Assembly (NCBI RefSeq): GCF_006345805.1
Contig: NC_043001.1
Coordinates: 59,396,001 to 59,460,000, forward strand
Direction: 5' to 3'
DNA from: Octopus sinensis
Taxonomy: Eukaryota
DNA: 64,000 bases
The notes below the pieces were generated by a model. The model saw only the letters and a list, made by a program, of their open reading frames with translations, was not told the origin of the DNA and did no database searches. Position 1 is the stretch's first letter. Each line of letters opens with the position of its first letter. Shown piece by piece: positions 52,129 to 64,000 of the stretch. Position numbers and translations under genes: made by a program.

Positions 52129-52479
52129 GTGTGTATATGTATGTGTGTGTATGTATGTATGTGTGTGTGAGTGACCATCACATCTTGCTGTCTACCATTC
52201 TTCTATATTTTTTTATATACTATATTTGATATTTTATCTTATTTGTTGTACTTTATTATGCTTATTTCGACTGATCTCTTTTATTGAGCTCACACTTGCT
52301 AACTCTACATTATTTTCCAGTTTACCCATCCATTCCACACTTTTCCACCTTTTTTCTCCACGTCCTTTGTTCTATTCTTCCATTTCCTTCCTTTCCTCTT
52401 GTTTCTTTTCATTTTTCTTCTCTTTAGTGTTCCCCCCACCCTTAATCCAACCTACGAAAGTAACCTTTACTGTCAGCCT

Positions 52480-53370
52480 ATCAGGCTCCTCAGACTACCG
52501 AAGTTCAAGATTACTGCTGAAAGTCGAAAATGCTTACCGGACAAGCTTACACGACAGCAAACACTGCAAACCTATCTTCCCCATTCACCACACTAGTAGT
52601 GCGCTTTCGAGCACCCGCTGTAAATCTTCATGCAGAATACGTACTTCCTCAAAGGTGTCAACCCTCTCCTTAACCTCCTTCTTCTATTTGTGGCAATGGA
52701 AGGCATTGCTCTCCCATTCAGTCTCCTGTATATCACAGGCCTTTAATGAAAACTTGACACAGTCCTTAAATCTCAGCCTTGGTTTCTACCGGGGTCTCTT
52801 TGCACTAACTAGTTCCCTGCTATCCTTCATTCTAATGACGGGTCCAGTCCAACGTAACCGGTGCTTGTGTACCATCGCCTCAATACTCAAGATATCAGCT
52901 ATTCTCCGGTCCTCTGTGTCTGAAGTTTCTAACGTTCAGCCAACATTCAGAATATGTCTCAGACATCTCTGATGGAAACATTCAAGGACCCTTACATGAC
53001 GTTTGTAAAGGGTCCGTGTCTCACTTGAGTAAAGGACCGATGTCAGTATACATGGACGGTATACAGCAATTTTTCTCTGCTTTGTGATGCGATGCTGGGT
53101 CCAGACACGAGACTGAAGAGACTGGAAGGCATCAGTTGCTCTCTGCAGCCTGAAAGATATTTCATCGTCCAGGGAGCAAGAACAGCTGAGAGTGCTGCTC
53201 AGGTAGACAAACTTGTCTACCACTTTCAGAATTGTTGCTACAACCAGGGTAGCTGGTTCCACATATGGATTTCTTGGTGCAGGCTGGAACAGTCTTGTCC
53301 AGACTAATGGAGTCGAAATGCCCTGCAAGAAGCAGAAATACGATTCATAAGTATTTGCATATCATCCACT
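52480..53370 (-). mobile_element. RTE (BovB-like) LINE RT C-terminus and 3' end
   Basis: LKVVDKFVYLSSTLS..CSLDDEISFRLQRATDAF..LQSRVW...KIAVYRPCILTSVLYSSET.TLYKRHVRVLECFHQRCLRHIL. Confidence 0.9.
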
Positions 53371-53593
53371 GTATGAGTTACTAAGTCACAATCGTCTGCA
53401 TAAAGGAGGTCACGAATAAGAGACTGGAAAACTTTTGAATTGGCAGCAAATGGGCACAGGTAAAAGAAGCAGCCAAAAAATCGATACCTGACATATATTC
53501 CCAGTGAGCTAACCTTAGCAAAAGCATGAGTAAAAGCAGCAGCAAATTAGAAAGAAAGGAGAGTTGGGACTCATATATACCTACATACATACA

Positions 53594-54052
53594 GCCGCAA
53601 CCTCTCATCATAAAAAAGGAATACTGGCAGAATGTACCAATGAAGACCTCAATAAAATGTAAGAACTACAGACATGATATAATGATTTGGGATAGAGAGG
53701 TGAAACTGTGCACAGTTGTGGAAATCAGCTGCCCAGCGGATGTTAGAATAAGCTGAAGTTCAGTGAAAAAGAGAATACGCATGCTGATCTTTGAGAAATT
53801 TGTAGATATTCTATCCAGATTACTAGTTCAGATTTATACCTGTAATTATTGGTGCCTTGGTAAATGTAATCCACTGCCTCAATACCAATCTTGAGAAATT
53901 AGGTTTCTCAAAACTAGAAACGAGAAAACTAATTCGAAGACTACAGATCCAATCCATGACTGGAACTTTCGAGAAATTTTTCACTTAAATATATGTGAGC
54001 ATGTCTAGATGTGCAATTATATGCCGCGAATACATAAAAGATACAAATCTGC
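53594..54052 (+). mobile_element. R4/Dong-like LINE 3' end (RLE domain), 5'-truncated
   Basis: KKEYWQNVPMKTSIKCKNYRHDIMIWDREVKLCTVVEISCPADV; homologous to 24570..24990; starts after cctacatacataca and ends in a long (CATA)n. Confidence 0.85.
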
Positions 54053-54210
54053 ACATACACACATACATACATACATACATACATACGTACATACATACAT
54101 ACATACATACATACATACATTCATACATGCATACATACATACATGCTTGCATGCATGCATGCATACATTCATTCATACATACATACATACATACATACAT
54201 ACATAAATAC

Positions 54211-54241
<31 letters not shown>

Positions 54242-54270
54242 CATACATACATACATACATACATACATAC
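54053..54270 (+). repeat. (CATA)n microsatellite
   Basis: Direct reading. Confidence 0.95.
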
Positions 54271-54439
54271 CCTGCTGGTGATGTTAAAATTCCAACGAAG
54301 TAGCTTCGGATCTAGGTTAGAAACCGTTTTTTCCCTATTGGCAAGAAATCTTGAAATAAACTGAATAATGACATACATACATACATACATACATACAGAC
54401 AGACAGACAGACAGGCAGACAGACAGGCAGAAAGACAAA

Positions 54440-54573
54440 TAACCCCCGCAACTTAGCGTTTCGGCAAAAGAGATAAAGAAAAAGGAAATAAAAACTAAGG
54501 TCGATTCGTTCGACTAAAATTTCTTAGGTTGGTGCCCAGCATGACCGCAGTATAATGATTGAAACAAGTAAAA
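54440..54573 (+). mobile_element. SINE 3' fragment
   Basis: cttagcgtttcggcaaaagag...gtcgattcgttcgactaaa...cagcatgaccgcagt...gaaacaagtaaaag. Confidence 0.75.
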
Positions 54574-54869
54574 GTTGATAGATAAAAGATATGTATATAT
54601 GTACTCATCTGTTTTTCAATTATTTAAATTTTTCTAAGGAAGGAGTCGGTTTCTAAAATTGACGCATTGCAATGTAAATAACAAAACAGTGTCACGTTAT
54701 AAATATGAGAAAAGTCTTCCATATTTTTACTGTTTCAGTTACAGAGTGTATTTGTAATGTGCGAGTTAGTTATTTCAAATTTCTTTATCTAAAATCTCTT
54801 GCTTAACCAGATTTTCACTTCGGCATTTCATTTAGGTATTTACTCACAAAACCAAGTGAACAAACTTTT

Positions 54870-55330
54870 ATTGTTATAAATGAGAATTTATAATCTGGAT
54901 ACAGAATATGGAAGTGTGATGTTCAAAGAAATATTCACATCAACGGGACAGCCAGCCTCTATGACGGTACATAAAAATATCCGGTCTATTATGTTTACAC
55001 TTGACAGCGGTATTGATGCATATGTTCCAGCAATATTCCTTGTGTCGATGATTATGTACGAATTCAATAACAGGGGGATTCTCACCATTTATTCCAGACA
55101 GTTTTCTTTTTTCGAATGGCATTGTATATTGTTTTTGCGGCAACGTCGTGTCGTGTTGCGTAGGGCGGTAGTACCTTGACGACATTTTTGGACAGCTAGT
55201 TACATGTGCCATATTTTCCACAGAAATATGTCATAATCTACAATTTCGGTTGCATCTCTGAGCTCCAACGGCTTCACTGCCTCTTTTGTTTATTAGATAT
55301 TTCGCAGAGCCTTCAAAATGTGATGTTTTT
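54870..55330 (-). mobile_element. Older R4/Dong-like LINE C-terminal fragment
   Basis: TSHFEG, KYLINKR, CNRNCRL, HVTSCPKMSSRYY, KEYCWNICINTAVKCKHNRPDI, EAGCPVDVN. Confidence 0.75.
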
Positions 55331-55589
55331 GTTTGTGTATGCATGTTGCCTAAAAATTTCAATAAATGTGTTTTCTGTTACACTCATACACATCTCGGTA
55401 AAGATTTCGATACTTTATACTTCTATTTTACAGATGAGATTTTTTATAGTGGCATGTACTTTCAAGTAGACCTTGTACCGTTCTCTGAAATTACTGTCTC
55501 CAGAGGCTAGATTTAGACTATTGTATGCAGTTGATTTGTTATGGCTCAATATCTATAATTATATTTTACCAAGACAGCTATCTTGAATT

Positions 55590-56810
55590 CCTATGTTATT
55601 GATGGGAGGACTATGATGAAAAAGAGGTGGGTAAGGACTGATCCTTGGTGAACCCCTATTTCTACCCGGAATTCTTCACTGTACTCGTTGCTAATCCTCA
55701 CCGTACTGACGACATCCCTGTATATGCGTTGTACAGTTCACCAACCACTCATCTGTCCCTAGTTTCTGTCGGGAGACTCTGTCAAAGGCTTTCCCCATGT
55801 CAACGAAAGCCAAGTACAGAAGATTATCTTTGTCTAGGAATTTCTCCTGTAGCTGTCTCCCTGGCACAAATCCAAACTGCATCTTGTCTAAACACTCTCT
55901 CTCTCTCTCTAATTAGTTGGTCTATGACCTTTGTGACTTTCGTCACCTAATCCAACAATTTGATACCTCTGTAATTATTCCTATCTAATGTGTCACTTTT
56001 AGCTTTGTAGCAGTTGACTATGGTGCTGCTACACCAGTCATTGTGTATGACTCGTTCATGTATCCCCTATACGGGTGACTAGACTATAGCCTACACTACC
56101 AGCTATTTTAAGCATCTCAGCAGTGATTCTTGATGAGCCGGGAGCTTTCCCTGTCTTCAAACCCTGAAGTTATTTATCTACCAAAGTACTGTCCATTCAG
56201 AGGATCCTTAAATTTCCAGACCCTTCTTTTCCATGCTGGTCGTCTTCTGGCAGCCATTTAGTCCTAATCCTGAAGTCGATAACTACTATGTTGTGGTGTG
56301 CATTCGTCACCCGGTAGAGTTTTGGCATAAATAAGTAGTCGTCTTTCCCGTTTCTTGGCGAGAATATGGTCATTCTGACTAGTGTGCCCACCAGACTAGC
56401 AGGTGAACAGGTGACTGGCAGGTTTCCTGAAGTTAGTTTTATAGATCATAAGATCATTTGCATCACAACATTTCGGCAGCCTGGTTCCTCCCTCATTGCG
56501 GGAACCAAATCTTTTGCCACCATGTACACCATGAAAGCTCCTTGGATGTTGTCCAACATGCCCGTTGAAGTCGTTATCCACAAGGTGGAGGTCCCTGTCA
56601 TTCGTCGACTAGGTAGTCTGCAAAAGCGTGTCATAAAATCGGTCTTTCTATTCAGCAGGTAGCCCTGTCTGAGGGGCATAGGTCGAAATAATATTGCTAA
56701 TCGATGCTGCAACTCTAGTATAAGCTTAAGTATACTATCATAGACTTTGACTACCTCGATTACCTTATCACTCCATTTCTCCGCTAGGAGTACACCCACG
56801 CCCTAACCCC
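55590..56810 (-). mobile_element. RTE LINE remnant (endonuclease to RT, with deletions)
   Basis: GVLLAEKWSDKVIEVVKV, DFNGHVG, NEGGTRL..CCDANDLMI..TNFRK, QFGFVPGR, LQEKFL..LYLAFVDMGKAFDRV. Confidence 0.88.
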
Positions 56811-59800
56811 ATCAGTGTTCCCTACCCAGGAAATTTTATACCTATATTTTTTCGCTCGTGAGGAACCTAACAGAACTTCCTCTCCACAATACTTCTTGGA
56901 TGCAGCACAAACCTACTCGTCTCCGTTATAAGTAACATGTGTATCTATGTATATATGTAACCATCTATCTATTTGTATGTATAAATTTTTGAAAATATAT
57001 TTGTGTGTATGCGTTTTTTCCAAAATTGGCATTGAAGATCTCCGTCTTCCTAAATACATAATTAAAATAAGAAAATTTTAACTGCTAGCCATCACATATG
57101 GCAGTATCTGCCATGGCAGTCTAACTTCTTTCATGCGCATTTTAATTAAGTGTTATTTAAGTCCTCGTTTAACTTTCCCAAGAAAATCATTCGTTACTTC
57201 AGATTACATTTATCTTCTTTTGTATAAATGTATTCCGGCTTTATGAACGAGTCTGTGGCAAATGAAAATATTGTTGATACGCTAACACCTAACATGCAAT
57301 AAAAATACAGGAATTCGTTGTCGTGTACAAATAGTATTTCGATCCAATGAATATATAGCAAAGGTTGTTGGATTTACATTTAGTGATTTAGTGCATACAT
57401 AATTATATTCACCTGCGCTTATAGAAAATGGTTTGTCTATTTCACGTCTCATAATGATAGATACACCAATATATACTTTTATATGTACTGACCATGTATT
57501 TTTTGGTACTAGATTTAATGAACCATTCTAAAAGATTGGAATCACTAATCTCCGTATTAGAAATAGATTATATAAGCTAGAGGATTCTTCATCATCTAGC
57601 ATATCCATTTCATGGATATTTCTGGTCAGAAAAGGAAGTACAAGCCTTCAGTATCTTGTATTATGTATTTTTGTTTTTTATTTATGCATTTGCTTGCAGT
57701 TTCATACAACCATGCTCCAACATTACTACATTTAGAAATCTTTTCCACTTCAATAGAATCCTGATGACATTCAGCAACTTCATGTTTCTCAAAGCACTCT
57801 TGAACGTTTTCCTAATTACAAAACCCTTCTGTTAAAAGTATATTTTCTTTACTTCTAACAAGCTGTAGTTTTGAATTTTCATTATACTTTGTATGGCATA
57901 AAAAATCATAACTGCAGGTGTGGTTATAATGAAACAAATCGAAAGAAGTGGAGCAAATTGATTGAACAAAAGCTTCACGTTGCCAAATATCTACTTGAGA
58001 AAATTAAAGTACATTAGTTGCTGTGGTTGAGTAATAGAAATGTACCTGGGGGCAGTTTCGTAGGATGCTTGCGTTGATCTTGATTGAAACAACGAAGCCG
58101 AAAATACTGCAACGGAAATGATTTTACGAAGAGTCTCTAGTTGTGCTTGCAGTAGTGTTACAGAGATTGTTTCCGTAAGTGATTAACAAAAGTCATTAGG
58201 ATTAATCGATATTAACTGGAAAAAATTAGGATCGTTTGTTTGTTGCGTTTTTTAGACATGCCTGAAATTGCTTAATACCAGTTGGATACCGGGGTACGCT
58301 GACGGCAAGTTGGTGAGGTTTTAGATTAGAATTGTTTTCTATAAGAATTGATACCTTTAATAGAAGATATGTTCCGTTTCAATACAGAATGTCTTTCAAA
58401 GAATTACAAATTTATTAACTTTACCGCTGTTTTCAGGGAAATAATGTTATATAAGACGGTTTTTATTTGGGTAAATTACTGAAATTTAGGCTGTCTTTCT
58501 CAGAAAAAGCTTGATAAATAATCTTTTAATACTGTTTTATGAAAAAATTTTCATTTCAAATTATCTTATTTCTTATTTTGCAAACTTATTAAATATAAAT
58601 AGTGCAATATCTACAACCACCTAGATGACATATCTATTATCACTATTGCAGTCAAGTATGTTTTATCCTCATTATGATGTGCCACACTGAATGATTTGAC
58701 GGAGACTTAGTTGGTATTTTTATAAGTCCTGTAAGTGATCTCAAAACGCGAATATGCTGGTGTATTTCTTTTTAATATTTGCTACAGACGATGAATGTCA
58801 AATGAAATATTTTTTATAAAAATTTTATCAATTATATTAACATAACATTTCACTGAAATATTATTGCCAAACTTCCTCATACATAAACAAATTAGCAAGT
58901 GATAAGCGTCAATGTAATCTTTATTCACGATAAGGAATATTTCATGATCTCAAATTTCTTATATATTAGCAGATATATGGGAAAATATTCTTTGGTATTA
59001 TTCCTAAATAAATGAAAATTTTTCTCATTTATAATAGCAACATCAATGAAATGGTACAAAATATCAGGGACCACGTGTCTGTCTGTATGCAGAATTGCAT
59101 TGTTCGTCAGAAAATAAGTATTGAGTGTATCTGGGAGGTCAAATACAAAAGTATGTACAACACTCCATTAAAGATTAAGTCAGTGCAGGAGAGTAAGAAG
59201 TATATGATGTAAAACGTAAAGCGAATGAAAACTGGAGATGAAGTTTATATAAAGAGGGATTGTTGGTAGAACAAGAGTTCTAGGTAACCGGCGATATCTT
59301 CTATTATAGAGATGAGGAAATGCTTGTCCTACTATGAAGAGGTCGTAAGATGAACTCTGAAAAAGTAATAGTAGGATGAGTCCCTGTTCAGAAAAAGTTC
59401 GAATGAGAAGTCTTAACAGAGTAGGGGACTAAGGCAAGAAAAGTAACCTTTGAAATTTCGGCATTGTGATATTGAGGAGTGTCTCTGGAGGCTTGTTCAA
59501 ACTGAGATATGAAGGAAAAAGCTTCAGTTCCGCAGATGTTCACTAAACAAATAAACAAGTAAGTAAATAGTTTGAGAGCAGAATAGTCAAATTGATATAC
59601 AGCAATGACGACCTGTTGAAACACTTTTGAAATATATGATATTTTAAATATAATGATATTTTTCGAGACAGTAATATACACCAAGGCAGAATACCAAACT
59701 CAACAGCACCCTAATTAAAATTTGACAATAAACAAGATTGAATGAAAGAAATACATTACTTTATCAAAAGGCATTACCATATAGTGATAAGGTGTTGTAA

Positions 59801-59849
59801 ATATTCTACAAGAATCTTTCCCATCTAATCAACAAACTATTCCTGATTG

Positions 59850-61340
59850 TTTGGAAAACGAGAGCGAGATGATTTTGAATAAATGGAAAGCAGCTATAGG
59901 CACCATCTCCTCAAAGATGACAATTCATCAACTCTTGGTCAATTCAGACAGATTACAGGAGTACAAAGTAGAAATCCTATGTGCATCAGATTTCATAGAA
60001 CATTCATCTATGGCCATACAGACTTTATAAAAGAGTCGGGGGAATGATCTCGCAGTTATGTGTTTGCAAATGCATTCAGATTTTGTTTCCAAAGAAACTC
60101 TTTGGGTTGTTCTGGGCATAGTTTGGAGTTATGAATCGCAACAGGGTCAAAATTTCTATCATTTGATTTATATTTTGATTTAAAATCATTTTAATAAGTA
60201 CATGGCTTCACGGTCACTCAATGAAGATCCATGTTCCAAAAACAGATGATTTTATAGATGATATAACAATGCTAGGAAAGAGCAAGTACCAAATGGTGTG
60301 AGGGAGAAAGCCTATGCAGGCAGGAGTAGTTGATAAATTGGAAAGTCGGGTTTTAAGTAAAGGATACCGCATAGTATAATCACGTCAAATTAGTCAGAAA
60401 GAAGTGAAATATAGGAATTCAAAACTGGTCATACTTACGTAAGTGGAAAAGGTTGCGAAGATGCTGGATACACGATGCTATGGAACACTTGTCCTTACAA
60501 AGAAAAAGCCAGTATCTGGAAAATGGCAAATGATTCTCATTGAAGCATTGACAAGCTTTGTATGTAGGGAAGCTAAAGTTCTGGCGTATACAATTTGCAC
60601 TGTATTCCATCTATACTTGGAAGTGGCTAGGATTGTTACGGATTTCTGAAACACAGTCCAGTAAAAAGAAACGATGTCCATTAGAATTATCTATCCTCTC
60701 AAAAGTCATGTAATGCAAATTTAGCAAGGTAGACACTGTATTTGATGCTGCACATCTCGAACGAATATGTTATTCGTTCTTCTCTACAGACCTTAAAATG
60801 GGAGAAACCTGATGATACATGAGACGACGAAAACACTTTTTATGCATTTATGACTATAACATTTTTATGGGGACACAGTAAACATCCCACATGTTAATAG
60901 GTAAACCCTTTGAATATCTGTATTTACTCAACATGAATCAGTAGGGATATGTAATATTCACCCAGATCATAAATTCTTTTTTTTAATTGTTGCATAATGT
61001 GTGGGTAAAGTAACCAGCACCGACAGGAAGTTGTTTATGAGGAGATTTAATTTGAACGGAAGATAGACGGGAAGGACTTTGGTTATTTAACTGCTCAGGT
61101 TTGTAACGTCTACGAAATATTAAAAAGTTGCCTGTATAGGTGTGTGGAAAGCAGCAAAGACGAGAAACAAATTCTCCAATTGCCCACGAGACGAAGAGCG
61201 CCTGAAGAACTTGGAGATTTTGTGTAATGCAGCAAAGGGGAGGTTAAAAGAATTAATAATAATAATGATAAAACGAGAAGTAGTGTTGAATATAAAGATG
61301 TGCAAGGAATTTGTAAAGTACAAGCCACCGTAACAAACAT
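59850..61340 (+). mobile_element. Highly decayed LINE ORF2 (L1/Tx1-like?)
   Basis: SDFVSKETLWVVL (AFD.V...LW.VL-like), FIDDITML (YADD-like); weak. Confidence 0.38.
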
Positions 61341-62616
61341 GATCAATCGAAAATACTAGTGTGTACGGAAATGAAGTGACAAGATAGGTGGAAAATAAAT
61401 ATTTTTCTTGTGTAGGATTCTACAAATAAAGCGAGCGACTACATCTTCCTCAAAAGAACAGATTACAACTGCGTATTACGGTATTAGACATTTTACTCAA
61501 TACGATCAACCACTACCACGGTATATATATCAGCTTCAGATTTACAAAATTTAATACAAATAATTAAGTTTTGTTGCTTGTGAGTTTTCTTAGATATATC
61601 GGTGGGCGGACCCTGGTAGCAACGAACTCGCACTGGACGGAGACAAAACAGTTCCGGGGATTACATCACCTAATGAAAGAATAGTATATGTAAATACATA
61701 ATTATATACCAAAATGGTAAAAAGACTAATTTCTCGTCATCGTGCTTTTGGTTCACGGCTGTGTTTTTTTGAAGAGCAACGTCTTTCGCTGCTACAGAAA
61801 ATTATAACACAAAATAATGAATGAAATGTATCTTATCACCAGAAGCGTTTTTGAAAAGGAAAATTATTTTATCATTAATTTTAGTTTTTAGTGACAGTAG
61901 ACAAGACAAAGACAGGGGTGAAGGTATTTTAGTTTCTTCATAAACTTGATATTTTTACCCTTCTAAATATTTCTTTGCACTTCATATTTGAAAGCCATTG
62001 CAGTGAAATGAATTAGAGGACTTGCAGGCAAACAGATGGAAAATAAGAGGATGCAGGCAAACTAAGAGAAAATAATAGGTAAGGGTAATTAGAATGAGCA
62101 GAACGAACGGATCAGTGGAGTCAACACTGAGCACTAAGGCACAGTTTCAATATGGTAATCAAGTAAAAGCCAACAGTTATGAAGAGACAATACGGACGGG
62201 GTAAATAAACTCATTATGCACAAAAACACAAAGACAAAAGAAACGCAGAGAGATAACACGCACGATGACCATGCATTAAATAACAAGAATACCTTAGTAA
62301 AAGGAATCAAGCGCAATGAGAGAGCACGACAAAGAAAATTTGATCTGGGAAATGTGGGAACAAGAAAACGATGTAGTTTTCCTATGATATATCATCAGAA
62401 TTAACAAAAACATTTCCTAGTCTACATCCGTTTTAGAGCTTACAGTCTGAAAAGAATTTAACATAGTGTAACAATGTTATGAAAATTATAACGATTTAGA
62501 ATTTAAATTATAACGATATAAAATATTACGGAGATGTACTTGCATATCAAGTGACCTGATCTGAGATCGTGTGCTGGAACGAAAACAATTGCAGCGTGGA
62601 AGGTATTTATAAGCCA

Positions 62617-62850
62617 CTAGCAGTTTCATCCAGTGTTGCTTGGGTTTGTTTCGACCCTTTAGAATTGGAATTTTTGAAAAGTAAAAATTTTGCATTATGC
62701 AACTTGTTATTCTCTTCAAGTGAACATTTTTCCAGTTGAAATACTCCGAAAAATGGTGACACAGCGGTCAAAAATCGTAGAAAATAGGGATTTTCATAGA
62801 AAAAAAACACCTTTTTGATGTAAATAATTTTTGGTGTTAACATTGTCCGA
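62617..62850 (-). mobile_element. Probable Helitron 3' terminus (degraded)
   Basis: aCTAGcagtttcatccagtgttgcttggg is the reverse of a decayed hairpin-plus-CTAG end; a similar stub lies at 28368. Confidence 0.45.
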
Positions 62851-62889
62851 TGGGTGGGTGGGTGAGAGAGAGACACAGGGAGGAGTTTT

Positions 62890-63097
62890 TGTGCGTGTAA
62901 GTGTGTGTCTGTGTCTCTGCTTGTCCCCCACCACTTCATCACAACTGGTGTTTCTGTGATTACGTCCCCAAAACTTAACGGTTCGGCAAAAGTTAACGTT
63001 AGACTAAGAACTAGGCTTTAAAAAAGGACTGGGATCAATACATTCGACAAATAATTCTTCAGCATGGCCGCAGTCTAATGACTGAAACAAGTAGAAG
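62890..63097 (+). mobile_element. SINE 3' half
   Basis: ttgtccccca..cacaactggtg..aacttaacggttcggcaaaag..cagcatggccgcagtctaatgactgaaacaagta. Confidence 0.8.
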
Positions 63098-63655
63098 CCA
63101 TAAGATACACGCATGTATACATAGATATATGTAATTCTGTGAGTGTTGTACAATTTATGACCTATAATAATGATGTGATACTAAGTTCACTTCAGAGAAG
63201 AGGCTAATGCCTACGGTCAGTTAACTACTCACACGTTAATTAATATAAGCCCTATTATCGACTAACACTACATTACCCCTCTTCTGTTCAATTAATGTAA
63301 AACATTACAAAAGAGACCCTTCTCTTTGAGGAACGCATGAAAAAAAATTACAAGGGAACTAATTGTATGGCTTCAGTTTATTTCATCTCTCGTGTTCACT
63401 TATTTTAGTGCTACGCCAATTTTTACATATGCATGTATGCGAAAATACAAGTATTTATGTATGATGTGTTTATATGCAGACACACGCATACACACACGGA
63501 CACACACAGACACATACGTACATATTTGCATGTGTGTATGTATATGGATGTATATATATATATATGTGTGTGTGTGTGTATGTATATACACACATATACA
63601 TATGACTATACTCCACATACACAGATACTTATCTAACAATATGTGTGTGGGTATG

Positions 63656-63691
<36 letters not shown>

Positions 63692-63761
63692 ATATATTAT
63701 TTTAATCCAAACGGGGGAAACAAAAAAACAACAACAATGGAACAATTACAGTATTATTATT

Positions 63762-64000
63762 AATAGGCGCTCAGGAAAAGGAAGCAGGGAGGTATGACGT
63801 TTCGAGCGGAGCTCTTCGTCGGAAACATAAAGGAGGAAGAGAGAGGAAAGAAAGATCCCAGAGCGGGCAACAGGGAAAGAGAAAAAAGACGACTGGTGTT
63901 TACGAGTTGCACATGGTGAAAGGCGGATGTTTACGAAAACAGAGCAAAGTGGGTTTTTAAAGGCAAAAGAGTGGAGACAAGGTTGGTAACGCAACAGATG
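63762..64000 (-). mobile_element. Penelope-like terminal repeat related to family C (runs off window), with hammerhead-like motif at 63794..63826
   Basis: Minus strand ttt-CCGACGA-A-GAGC(tcc)GCTC-GAAAC-GTC-atac, followed by cttttcctgagcgcctatta like family C ttcctgagcgctatactaa. Confidence 0.6.

Noticed and set aside
52226-52972. 248-aa plus-strand ORF
   Set aside because: Antisense to an RTE LINE remnant plus pyrimidine-rich flank; no recognisable domain
58045-58105. Possible 61-nt minus-strand exon (ttccgttgcag|...cccccag|gtacat)
   Set aside because: Donor is only moderate, no frame gives a recognisable peptide, and there is no supporting partner exon

Overview
AT-rich, microsatellite-saturated eukaryotic DNA, most likely a coleoid cephalopod (Octopus-like tRNA-derived SINEs; taxon is an inference). 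I found no intact host gene, tRNA, rRNA or CRISPR array. Nearly all long ORFs in the track are microsatellite read-throughs or transposon remnants. The window is a transposon graveyard: about 9 SINE copies, RTE LINE fragments, four R4/Dong-like restriction-endonuclease-type LINE fragments, at least three Penelope-like (GIY-YIG) families, mariner and maT fragments, a hAT transposase relic and non-autonomous Helitrons. Highlights: (1) minimal hammerhead-ribozyme-like motifs with non-canonical cores at Penelope-like element ends; (2) a 1.6-kb Helitron carrying a captured LINE ORF1-like fragment, present twice in inverted orientation 41.5 kb apart, one copy splitting a hAT transposase in frame; (3) R4/Dong-like LINEs whose junctions repeatedly fall in (CATA)n microsatellites; (4) a 5'-inverted Penelope RT; (5) a 386-bp foldback with internal 17-bp direct repeats. 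All family assignments come from motif recognition by eye, not database searches.
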